Below are positions 36,826 to 48,516 of a stretch of DNA of 54,249 nucleotides, in pieces. The DNA comes from Catajapyx aquilonaris. Taxonomy: Eukaryota. Within the stretch, counting starts at the first letter, position 1. Every line of letters begins with the position of its first letter. Below the pieces are notes generated by a model that did no database searches, was not told the DNA's origin, and was given only the letters and a program-made list of their open reading frames with translations. The stretch spans positions 1 to 54,249 of the forward strand of contig JYFJ02002604.1 of the NCBI GenBank assembly GCA_000934665.2, read 5' to 3'. Made by a program: the position numbers and the translations under genes.

Positions 36826-37880
36826 GTCAGCTTAACTTGTTGGATTATAAAATAAGTGCTTGTTTTCTAAAAATATTTAGTTATAAGGAGGCTTTGGTTG
36901 TGGGAGGCTGGTTTAACATGTTTAATTGGTCACACCTACTCAGCTTCAAATGAAGAAGCTATTGGATTGGCTTATATTTTCTTGAAGAGCTGTACATCAT
37001 CAATTTTACTGGCAATATTTGTACCTGAAAGTTACAACAGGACGAATTTGTAAATGGTTTATATCCAAGGCTGGACAGCTACTTTAAAGTGTTCCATTAC
37101 ATTCCTCTGCATGTCTTGCCATGCAACTCATGCCATTATTTTATTTCTATCATCAATGGCCTGTTAAAAATGTACTTAAGTGACATTACGTGACATTACT
37201 CACCTTCAAATTGGTAAATGGAATGCCCAATATTTGCACCATGAAAATTTACAAATTGGACAGACACATTTGTGATGGATGGAGATGCTCTAAAATGTAT
37301 AATATGTAACTGACTTAATTTTGGGGTAAGTGGCCATTTCAGTTTAAACAGTGCCAGAAACTCTGGTTAAAGCTACCTTCATTTCATGATGCAAAGACAA
37401 GCCCTGCTTTAGGTTTAAACAGGGTTTGAAATTGGCGCCAGATGGCCATGTGATCCGAATTTCGAATGGAATTATTTGTCTGTAGGTTCAACTACACACA
37501 ATCAGATGCTTCATGCAATGTAGTGAGGGTAAATCTTTTGGAGAGATAGGCCCCAAGCCTTTGTGTAGATGTCGGCATGAAAATTCTTACTGGTGGAGTG
37601 ACATGTATGCTACGTCTGAAACTTAGCCATTTTCAGAGGAGGGATAATTATAATTTAGCTGGCGGAGGGTGGGGACATAGTTTTAGGTGCTAAAAGGATG
37701 CCTGGAGGGATGGGAGGGTAGTGTTATAAAGATATTCTTGTTGGAGGCTAATCCTTCAGTTTGGATGGTTTGCAGGCCAGAAGTTAATTTTCTACCATGG
37801 CATAGGGAATTAGTAAAAATGTGTTACTTGTTAGGTGTTACATTTTTTTGGGAGCTGATTCCTTGTCTCAATATTTGTAG

Positions 37881-38215
37881 TGGTGCATGGGATGCTAAGG
37901 TGATTGTAAACGCTTGGTGGGTAGAGGCCCATCAGGTGTCCAAGAAGGCCCCTGCTGGAGAGTACCTGACAACTGGCGCTTTTATGATTCGAGGAAAGAA
38001 GAATTACCTACCTCCCTGCCACCTCATAGTTGGATTTGGATTCATGTTCCGCTTGGAGGAAGGATCTATACCTAGGCACAAGGATGAGAGGAGGATCAGG
38101 GGCATTGGAGATGATGGGGAGGAAGGAAATGAGGTTACCAGTATTGCTTCTGGAAATAGCATTGCACATGAAGATCTTGAGGTTCCAGATGGTGACAGTG
38201 ATGATGAGCCACCAG
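37881..38215 (+). CDS. NEMF: NEMF exon 4
   Basis: tgtag|T; (S)GAWDAKVIVNAWWV..QVSKKAPAGEYLTTGAFMIRGKKNYLPP; G|gtattt. Confidence 0.95.
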
Positions 38216-38872
38216 GTATTTGTTATATCCAACATATTGTTGACCAAGAAATGTTGTAAACGCATAAATATCAATTTTACAGGAGTGATGTTTGAAAATG
38301 TAGGTCATTCTGCTTTTATAAGCATATTACGTGGGCTGGTGGGCATACAAGTTAGAGTTATTTATACCATTAAGTAGCATTTTAAATGCTCTATCACCTG
38401 GTGAAGTCCATGTAGCCATAAAGATTCATGATGAGCCAGGAAGCCAAGATTTTCTGGATTCACTAGCCTGTACATAAGTGCAAGGCCAAATCTGTGTTTT
38501 TTATTAAGTCAAAACTGGTCTTTTTTGACTTACTGTTAGTGGATTTCACTTGGCATGGATATGTAATGACCAACATAACCTGATGTAATTCGACTTTCCT
38601 TTTCATCAATATCTACTAGAAATTTGGGACCTGGTGGAACTTATGATTTTCGAGAGTCATGCAGTAGCCAGAAAGTGATGAAGTAGTCACATAATCTCAT
38701 ATGGCATTATGTCCCTTGCTGAAATCCAAAAGAAAATGCGCTTTGGCATAGCTGTAGCTTTATTCTTTTTAATTGGGTTTGAGGCATTTTCATTACGATT
38801 GACATTTAATTGAACAATAATTTTATTATGTAATAGATGAAATCATTAAAATACGAACTTGGTGCTTGATAG

Positions 38873-39056
38873 GTTCGGAGAAACCAGAAGATGACACTAA
38901 TGGTCACAGCAAAGAGAAAAAGGACGGTGAGTCAAAGCAGGATGAAGCTGTGGAGGTGCTTGATGAGGAAGAAGATTCAGATGAGAAGAGTCTTAATGAT
39001 GGAGAAGAAAACTTTCCGGACACTGTGATTGAAGTGGAACATGTTGCTGGAGACCA
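38873..39056 (+). CDS. NEMF: NEMF exon 5 (acidic low-complexity region)
   Basis: gatag|GT ... FPDTVIEV motif ... CA|gtgaga; phases 1 and 2 fit neighbours. Confidence 0.85.
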
Positions 39057-39095
39057 GTGAGAATTTTTAAATTTCATTATCTTGTTACATATTAA

Positions 39096-39960
39096 CCCTG
39101 TACTGCAGATATTTAGGATTGTGGGAAGAAAAAAATTCTAACGCCTTTTTCTCATCATATGCGACGTAAGGATGGTTTTTATGATATTTTGGTCATCTCT
39201 GACCCAATGACTTTGAAGTTACACCGGGTGAGTCAAAAGTCATGGTGAGTATTTTTTTATTCAAAAATGGTAACACATACAGAGATGAAGTTTTGAAGGT
39301 CCGGCGATCACAATTTCATCTGATAAATAGATGGCATCCATATCGCAAAGGGGACCAGAAAACTAAAGGCGATCATAACCCCCACCCTTCCACCGTCTCA
39401 TGCAGCTCGGGGTCACGATCCCCTTTCGTTTACCTGCTCCCCTTGAGATCTCGGGGCCATCTATTTATCAGATGAAATTGTAATCGCCGGACCTTAAAAA
39501 CGTAGTAATGGTCATATCTGTAAATGTTTCCGTTTTTGAATAAAAATAGTACAATGACTTGGGACTCAAGCCTCAAGCAATATTGCGCCTGCGCCGCCAA
39601 AAAATTGTGATGAAATTGTGCTGGCAAAATTAGAATGGCCTCAAATGGCGACGAGAGAGCTACTCTTGCAGTGTTACACATGCAATTGGATATTTAATAT
39701 CTGCACCTATATCTAATCAGCTCCAGAAACAATTGCTGCTTCAGCAAATTCAAATTTCGCGCCATTTTTAACGACCTTGGCTCCTCTCCGTTTCATACCT
39801 TATCCCGATCGTAACATTGTCAACATTGCATGTCATCTAGCGGAAGCTAACAAACTAATTGGGACATCAAGCCACACTGTGGTTTCCAGGACCAATGTTG
39901 AAGCTTATGGCGCCTGCGCAAATTAATTGTTGCCCTCAGGCAACAATGCCCGCTACAGGG
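39096..39960 (-). mobile_element. piggyBac-like non-autonomous element, copy 2
   Basis: TTAA TSD; reverse complement of 16209-17085 with scattered substitutions and small indels. Confidence 0.9.
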
Positions 39961-40754
39961 TTAAGCACTTGCATGTTATGAACAAAGGGCATGGCAATGA
40001 TGGAGGGGTGAATAATTTACGAGAAAAAAGTGAGGTTAATGTAAACCTCGATATGACACTCCCGCATATAATGCATTCCTACTTTTAACGGCTCCTTTTT
40101 TCCAGTCCCTTGATCATGTCCACAAGGTAACTTTTCCCGCATATAACTCTATCCCGCTTATAATGCTACTTTTGGGCGGTCCCTTGAAGAGCGTTATATC
40201 GAGGTTTTACTGTATATGTTACGCGGAAATCCTTAAAACGACCATTGAGAGAAAAAACCGAGCATTTCGTGGAATTCTCTTTTCAAAACAGGCAGATCGC
40301 GAAATATTCACTTTAAAATGGGCAGATCGCGAAATGCTTCTTTTCGAACCATCCATTTTGCGAAATGTTCATTTTAAAACCGGCAGACCCCAAAATGCTA
40401 CACAAAAATGGCAGGAAGCGAAATTAGTGTCGTGGCTGGTTCAGAAAAAGCCCAAAAGCGCTGTGGCAGTTTCAGGTTTCCCACTACGCCAAGTAGACGC
40501 TGGAAATAAATCACCCTATTGTTGCCTTTTCGATAGCCTTTACGTGAATTTCGATTTTCAGGCAAATGTCAAGTTCAGAAAGGATAATGTAACATGTGAA
40601 AACCTCAACTTATACCGGCATACCTTGCCTTATACTGGCATGCAGGTATAGCCACCAGATCATGCATTTCTAAAAACTGGTCGACCTCGCCTACACCGGC
40701 GTGCCGCAATATAAGAGGTAATACAGTATAATCATTTCTTCCCATTTTTGCAAG

Positions 40755-41253
40755 GTTCCTTCTGAGACCCCGCTCCACCTCAACTCGAACAACATCAACA
40801 CGATCTGGAAACTCCCTGTCAGAGACAAACGAAACAGATCATACCAGTGTTGTCTACCTTGGTGATGGACAGCCTGTGAAGATTGGTGCAGATCCTGATG
40901 ATAAGGGAAAGGGCAAGTATGGAAGAGACAAGGTGAATAGGCCTAAAAGAGGCAAGCAAGAGGAAGAGGACATTGGTGTGGAGAAGGACACTGATGTGCA
41001 GAAGGACACTGATGTGCAGAAGGACACTGATGTGCAGAAGGACACTGATGTGCAGAAGGACACTGATGTGCAGAAGGACACTGATGTGCAGAAGGACAAC
41101 CAAATGCCACAGGAACATCAAGAGCCGCTGCAACAGAAGCAGCAGGAGCCTCAGCAGAAGAAAAGAGGGCGCCATGGGAAGATGAAGAAGATCAAGGAAA
41201 AATACAAGGATCAGGATGACGAAGAAAGGATGTTGAGGATGCAGATTCTGCAG
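40755..41253 (+). CDS. NEMF: NEMF exon 6
   Basis: tttgcaag|G; ends KRGRHGKMKKIKEKYKDQDDEERMLRMQILQ|gtaaat (conserved NEMF motif); contains QKDTDV tandem repeat. Confidence 0.9.
40975..41098 (+). repeat. 18-bp coding minisatellite (GTGCAGAAGGACACTGAT)x~6-7 encoding QKDTDV repeats in NEMF
   Basis: Direct reading of tandem copies in exon 6. Confidence 0.95.
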
Positions 41254-41509
41254 GTAAATTGGTTTACTTGATGCTAGAAAGGATGACCCTACATTATTTT
41301 GTTTCAGTTAGCTCAGTCAAGTATGTGCCTCATACAATTAACTTGATTTTAAAAACAGAATACTTCACATTGAATCCTATATTTTTCTAGTTGCATGTTA
41401 CATGAAATGTTGGAATTGCCGTGTACTTTTCTGCCTTAACCCTGTGTCTCCCACTTGTTCAAGCTATTGCACACTGGGGAAAAAAGCAGTATCACCTATC
41501 TTAAAGTCA

Positions 41510-43245
41510 GGTAAACCTAAATGACATGCAGAAATATCTGGGCTACTTTGCCATTTACATTTTGTGCTTTTAAGTTTGCGTAAACCTTGAACAGATTATA
41601 AAATGTAACTCACAATCAGTGAAATTTGATACTTTTGATCAATTAATGGACAAAAAAATTATATGGTGGGAATTTCAGCTAGGAAGAAGGGCACATGTTA
41701 TTACCTTGCATATGATTGTTTTGAACACAAAAATTTACTAGGACTACCTTTGCATAGAGTTAAAAAGGGATGCATTAGTCTTCCTCAATTTCCATGTTCC
41801 AATTCAGTTATTTCCTATTATTATGGCATTCCAAAAGTAAATACCGTTTGGCTGTAACATTTAAAAAAAAGTTTTGCAAAAATGATGCTACCTTAGATCT
41901 GTACATGCTATAGGACACAAACACCTTGTCAATTGAAGCATTTTTGAATGGTGGTACCAGATTTTGTAAGTCTGTGCCAAGCACTTTCACCACAATACCT
42001 ATTCCTGTTTTTCTGGGATGCTCCCTGTATTCTCGTCTACGAAAATTTTTCTCATGGTGATGAAACAAGTGAGGCTCTGGACCATTGCCTGAACTGTTTG
42101 AGAAATATGTCTAAAGATCTTGCATTTGAATTGTTGGGGAATTATGCACAACGATGTCTGACTGCATGTGGCAGTTCATTTGTTGTCATTGCTCAAAATT
42201 TTGACCAGTTCAAGTGGTACAGCTTCAAGCACTCACTCTATGGTCCAGACTTTGCACCAGGTGACCATCACTTGTTACACTACCTCCAGAAAATCCTTCG
42301 CAGGAGAGAGCATACCAAGTGATGAAGGAATAGACATGATGGTCAGAGTGCTTGACATTGTCTAACAAGATCTGGTACTACAGTTTAAAAAACCCTTTGA
42401 TCAACCACACGTTTGTGCCTTGGTTACTGCAGATATACAGGGCTTGCTCACTTAATTGTTGGGTAACTTCAGCAAATTGCTGCTGGAGTTGGCCCATTTT
42501 AGCTTCTGTTGGCCGCATCAGCTCGGTCAATTGATCCTCGAATCTGGTCTCGAAGCGCTCGAATCGGTCATCCAATTCCCGTTTCCATTCGGACATCAGG
42601 TCATCCTTAATGTCCTTTTGGAGGCCTGTCAGCTCACGCTTAAGTTCCTGGAGTGTCACGATTTCGTAGTTGGTCGAATGACTCACGAGAACTGGAGCGA
42701 AAGGTCAAGACGTCTTCACCCCAAGGCTGTCGCTAGCAGAGTGTGTGATTTTAATATAACTCAAAGTTCGCTACTTTTGGGATTTTTTGAATGGACCTGA
42801 AAATGAAGCGTGAAATGTGTGCTTCATGTTTCCAAAAAGTCTAGGAGGTTTTTTAGAATGCCACGTGCTAGAGGGCGAAAACACTGCCGGTGCGCACTCT
42901 GGACAGTACGCTGGTCACTTGGGAGGCCTATACAGTATTTCCTCAGTGGACTACATGACAGGTCTGATTTTTGTACCAAAAGATGCAGAATGGCCACATG
43001 ATCACAGAACCACCCATAACTCATTTTCAGCCAAAAGTGGTTTTTCCACCAAACCTTTCAATTGAGACTACTTTTTTAAAGCTGAAATTCCCACCACAAT
43101 TTTTCTTTTTGTCATTAATAGATTGAATATGGTATCAAATTTCATTGTACCACATTTTGCAATCTTTCCTAGATTTACTTAAACATTAAGTACAAAGTGA
43201 ATATGGTAAGTTAGTCAAGACCTTTCTTCATGTGATGGTGACGGC
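41510..43245. mobile_element. Old long-IR element containing a mariner transposase remnant (~42150-42340, +) and a coiled-coil LINE ORF1-like remnant (42378-42686, -)
   Basis: 41520-41682 ~ rc 43079-43240; HSLYGPDFAPGDHHLL resembles mariner HPPYSPDLAPSDYHLF. Confidence 0.6.
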
Positions 43246-43545
43246 ACCATGGAGAAGGCTTTTAAGGCCTATCAAATTACAGATGTCAATTTTTTGAGAT
43301 GCATATTAAAACATACGTATAGGGGTGCATAGCTGGTGGTTTAAATGAACTTTTCAGGCATCTTGTCCTCCACCCAAATTCTTGCATTTTGGGGACTTTA
43401 CCATTTTTATTCGTGAAATTTTTCATGGGTTAGTGCCTTGTTAGACTGACATTAATAGAAAATATAGTGATGTAATACAACACATATACCCTGAGAATTA
43501 TGTGCTAGTTTTTGAATTATTGATGCATATTGTGGATTTGGTGTC

Positions 43546-43905
43546 ATGGGTCTGTCAGACAGCCGTTCCGTTCGCTCGCCCCGAAAATTTCGCTGCGATC
43601 GCTGCGTCCAAAACTTGTCAGACAGACACTCGCAGTTGAGTGCAGCCCACAAGAGGAACAGGCAAATTCCAGTCGGCAGGAAGGGGGCAGTCAGGGCGAG
43701 GGGGGTCGTGAGGTGGAGGAGTGGTTGGGGCGGGAAGAGGTCTCGACCAATCGGCGCCTGGCGTGCCGCAGCAAGGGGGTCCTGCCTCGCTGTGACACCC
43801 CCAATTTCCTCGACCGACGAGGCCCCCAGGGCACAGCGGAGCGCAACGCTCGCCAGTGTGACCCATGCGCGCGAAGCGAACGGAACGCCTGTCTGACAGA
43901 CCCAT
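43546..43905. mobile_element. GC-rich MITE
   Basis: TIR ATGGGTCTGTCAGACAG(c/g)CGTTCCGTTCGCT; TSD not evident. Confidence 0.75.
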
Positions 43906-43969
43906 CAGTATCTCAATCTGAGTCTATGTTACCTCAAGAACTAAGAGACATGATGGTTTCTGTATACAG

Positions 43970-44343
43970 TCTGCAGGTCCACCAAAAGAAGCCAAAGGGA
44001 AGAAAGGGAAAAAGCAGTTGCAAAAGCAGCAGCAGCAGGCCAAAAACAAAGGAAGACAAGCCCAGGGGAAGTGGGGAGCCATGGGTAGTGTCATCAAAGG
44101 AGTAGATTCAGGCGAACTGCAGCCTTTTAGAGGGCTCTCCAGTCTCGAAAATGAAAATCCAGGTGATAAGATGGGTATAACAGAGAGAGAAGAGTCTGAA
44201 GATGAGCTGGAGGAAGAAGAGGATGATGAGAAGGAGGACCATCTTCATTTGCTGGACTCCCTTACAGGCTGTCCTGATCCTGATGATGAGCTGCTTTATG
44301 CCGTGCCTGTTGTGGCTCCCTACAGTACCATGGTCAATTACAA
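43970..44343 (+). CDS. NEMF: NEMF exon 7 (start of NFACT-C)
   Basis: tacag|SAG...[30 protein letters not shown](K)|gtaagt. Confidence 0.93.
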
Positions 44344-45550
44344 GTAAGTGACATTATTTTATAAACTTTCTGTCATTATTTTAACTGTGCACATGGCTCT
44401 TGTTTTACAAAGGAGTGAGTTTTCATACATGGACACAGAATCTGCAATTCCATGTTCATCTTTGAATACACACACTGTATAACCAGGGATTACTTAGCTT
44501 AGGGATACGAAAGTGCACCGTTTTCCCGTAAGGAGGGCCGCAGTTCCGGTTCGCAAGAGCGCTCTGGCGGCCGGATGGATGAACTAGATAAACAACCGAC
44601 GATCGGGCTGATACCGTATTCATATGAATACAGTAGCCTACTGAAATGCCCTATTAATGCTATTATTGACGCAAAATTATGCGCAGATATAATTATTTAT
44701 TGCCAATATTCGACGAAACCGGAGTGATTCATGGGATGACATGGCCTGGTGGATCTGAAATGTGTACATATAGGAAGGATAGACGACACTCCAAATTTGT
44801 TTCAATTAGCCCATGCTTTATTTGCACAATCCATCCATAAGTTGAGAAATGTAACCCTGAAATACATTAAAATATACGGAATATATCTAGGAATATCTAC
44901 CTTGAAAACCGTACCAGAAGAATTTCATGAAATCATCATACTTTGGGAGAATTAAATTGAAGCAGTGAGAATCAGAAATTATTATGTCAATATTTGCCAT
45001 TTTGCCCAGGCTCAAAGGTGGAACTGTAATCATCTGGCCGGGATAAAACATTTTTCTATGAAAATATGCATGATAGAGGTCTAGAATTTACCCTTATCTC
45101 AAAATCGCCAAAAATTGACTCAGCAACTTCTGGTTCTGGACTGCTTCAATTAATACTTACCTGCAGCTTACCTATCAGCACTTCAGATTCCTGAAAATAT
45201 GTTCATGTTCGCGAAGTGCAAGAGTCGGTTTACTTTAGTGTCATCGGTGATGGTCTTTCCTGAACCATGTTTCTCGATTAACACCTGAGAAACATGCCTG
45301 GAAGTGCCTGACCCAGGCATGAGGATCAATTTGATTCACTCATCATGTACATTATTTCTTGTCTGTCACCTGCAAATAAAGAACATAATTCCTATATATA
45401 AGGAGACTTTTGGGACACCCTGCATATTAATCACATAACATAATTGTATTATAACAATTTTTCAAATCAACTGAAACATTAGGACAACATTTACCAGATT
45501 GAAGGTGGGAAACGTTAATTTTCCACACACTTAGATATGAAATATATAAT

Positions 45551-48516
45551 TCACAACAATTTCATCATTTTCCTATTCTTTCTCCCACCATCCTTCATTT
45601 CCCTGTTCTTCTTCCCACCATCCTGCAAGTCTCTGTTTTTGAATCGTACCCACCACAAAACTCTTAACCTGCAGAAAAGGTGCAGTAGTTGTGCCAACGC
45701 ATTTTCAGAACACAATGAAAATGATCCCTGTGTATCCTTCAGCAGATGAGCCTGCAAATTTTCCACAACCCTCACCTTATGGGCTAAATCTGGAATGAGG
45801 ATCAAAAATTTTCCCTCCATACTTGACAGAAATTTGAAAAATTTCTCACTTGCCAGGGTTAAACCTCCGCAAGGCTTATCGCTACAACCTGTCAATGTTT
45901 TTTCTTGGCAAAATATTTGCTGGGGAGCATCACCTTCTTCATCTTTTTTAAGCATGATGTGCTTACACAACAAGCAATCATGAGACCTCAAAAATTTCTT
46001 GCAAATGTATCCAGCGACATAGTATAATGCATTTTGTGCAGGGACATGAAAATCATCAATAGTGATCTTAGGAAACTTTGTTACATTTTCCTCATCCATT
46101 GACCCTACATCCTGAACCATGGCTTCCTTACTCTGCATGACAGAACTAAGTTCAGCTAGAACATCTCGTTCTTCTGTTTCACAATTACCCATGTCAGAGG
46201 GTTTCAGGAAGGACTTGGTGAACACCTGCCTAAATGCAGAAAAAAATTGTGCAGGCGTTGGGTGATCATTACACCCATTTTTCCCCCTGATCACTCCGAA
46301 TGTGCTCTCCAGGCTATCTTGATTGAGATGGCGTGTGCAGAGATACTCAATGTCAGGACGGCCACGAATCTCATTCCACATCATCATAATTGCTCGTATT
46401 GAGAGTTGCCACCCCAACAAGCAGTCTGGCTGCCGAACAGCATCAAACCTACAACTACTCAGTAAAACTAATATCTCCTCCCAAAATGCCAGGTGAATGG
46501 AATTCTCACTAAGTGCACACTTAGCTGGCTTAAGGCCATCCCACCTGCGACTGCTGTTAAAGGTATCAAACAACCTGTCCACCAGTTGCAGCCAATCTGC
46601 AGTATGCCTAGCCTCAGCCGGAATTAACTCCCACCGCACATAACTTTGTACTGCTGCTGCCATTGAATAGCTAAGAACCTGAGATGCAAACTTAACCTTC
46701 ATTTTCTTGAATGGTCCTAATGCAATGTGGCGATGTGTAATTTTTGGTATGAGCCTCAGCGGTTGGTCAAGTTCTTGGCCACAAACACTCTCTATATAGC
46801 TCCACCTAACAAGGTGCCCATCCCACTGTAGATCGTGAGCCTTAATGTTGTTCCGTATGCTTTTAAGTAAGTGGGGGGGATCGTACATGAAGAAAATACG
46901 TTCCCCATCTATGTCTGCATACGGTCTGTCAGGTGTTACCCCTAGTGCAGTATAGGCATTTCGATTGTTGGACCCTTGATCCGCAATGACCATCTTCACT
47001 TTTAGGCCAGTGTCCCTTATAGTTTGCAGCGCACCCTTCATTACATTACGTACTGCAGATCCTGGCATTGGCCCATTGCTCATGTAATAGCCTAACACTT
47101 GCTTCCATTTCTTAAACATCCTCTGTAACAACATGACTGTAGCATGAGTTGCTACCTTTCCTGGCTGAGAACTCTCATGACTGGTGAAGCCAGTTATCGA
47201 GTCACTAGCTGAACTGTACGTTAGCCCTGGGTTCACCTTCATCTCATCAATCATCAAACTACACATCTTGCTCCTTTCATCCATTGACAGGGCTTTCTTT
47301 TTTAAGGCAGTGAGGACAACGGGCAGGATGCCACTCTGAATGTGAATTTTAGATAACCACCCTTGCAAAGACCTGACAGCTGGCAAGGTGCATGTTTGGG
47401 CCAGGTGCCTATATGCAGCTGGACTATGGTAAAATATGTTCAATGCATTCACTTTCTCCTGCTCTGTATACCTGCGACCCTTAGGTTTGCATTTACTCAG
47501 CCTCAGCTGCATAAGCAACAGCTTACCAAACTTGGCAGGAAGGTGCTTCATTGCCAAGCGTTGCAACATTTTCACCTCCAAATCCTCCTTCATGCAGGCC
47601 TTCTCTTTCCACTTGTTAGCTTGCTTAACGAAGGTGTTAGCACGATACAGCTTCCCACGTACTGACTTCAAGTTCTGGCGAAGATGAAAGAGTCTTTTTT
47701 TTGTGCGTGGAGTCGGATTGCTGGGACCCATGATGCCTGGCCTCGTTGGAGGAGTAGAAGGATCATCTGGCTGGTCTAATAAATTGGCATTATCAGAATT
47801 GCATGCTCACATGCTAGCATGTTTCCCACTATGGGTAAATTATGCAAGGCAAATATACTAACCTGTGCTAGGTTGGCCGAATGGTACAGCATGCCAGTGC
47901 TGGGTAGATGATGTTGGTGTTGGTGGACCATGCTGCAGGTCTAATAAATTTGCATTATCAGAATTGCATGCTCACATGCTAGCATGTTTCCCACTATGGG
48001 TAAATTATGCAAGGCAAATGTACTGACCTGTGCTAGGTTGGCCGAATGGTACAGCATGCCAGTGCTGGGTAGATGATGTTGGTGTTGGTGGACCATGCTG
48101 TAGGTCTAATAATAAATTTGCATTATCAGAGGTTTCCCACTATGGGTAAATTATGCAAGGCAAATACTAACCTGTGCTAGGTTGGTCGAATGGTACAGCA
48201 TTCGCTGTTAGCGTCTGGCAGCTATCATTCATAAAGGAGCTTCTAGGAAAATGATCGCTGCACAGACGCTGAACCCGATTCAGATATGTAGCCTCCTTCT
48301 GCAGGAAATCGTCCCGTCCACATGCAACGCACCATTTCTTGCACCTGCATCACCAGACATGCATTTTGAAATATTTTGGCATTTCAATTATATAAATGTG
48401 TACAATATTTACCTTTCGGGCTCTCGAGGAAATCTGAAGAAAGCGAGATCAGGCCTCTTCCTCCTCGCGTTGAAACACCCTTTAGCGGCGCAGACATGCC
48501 CTCCACCACGGGCCAT
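45551..48516 (-). CDS. P-element/THAP9-type transposase, 5 predicted exons (48516-48413, 48344-48172, 48105-48028, 47940-47863, 47775-45551), 885 aa
   Basis: THAP: CAAKGC..FFRFP..W..LCSDHF..AVP; core: IDEM, ADQGSNN, YDPPHLLKSIRNN, KMKVKFASQVLS, FDTFNS, LNQDSLESTFGVIR; all junctions GT-AG and in frame. Confidence 0.9.
47772..48200. repeat. ~165-bp tandem repeat (about 2.6 copies) inside the transposase gene; each unit is one intron plus a 78-nt exon
   Basis: Near-identical units ggtctaataaatt..gcattatcaga..cccactatgggtaaattatgcaaggcaaat..acctgtgctaggttgg. Confidence 0.92.

Noticed and set aside
40819..41185. Repetitive alternative-frame ORFs (VLLHIS)n, (CTSVSF)n, (RRTLMC)n
   Set aside because: Shadow frames of the NEMF 18-bp coding repeat
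43530..44105. 191-aa ORF overlapping NEMF exon 7
   Set aside because: Chance read-through from a GC-rich MITE into an alternative frame of the exon
45551..47731. Domesticated THAP9 host gene
   Set aside because: Intact TIRs and TSD flank the ORF, which indicates a mobile element
47772..48200. Regularly spaced repeats as a CRISPR-like array
   Set aside because: Contiguous tandem units without unique spacers, in eukaryotic context, explained by exon/intron duplication
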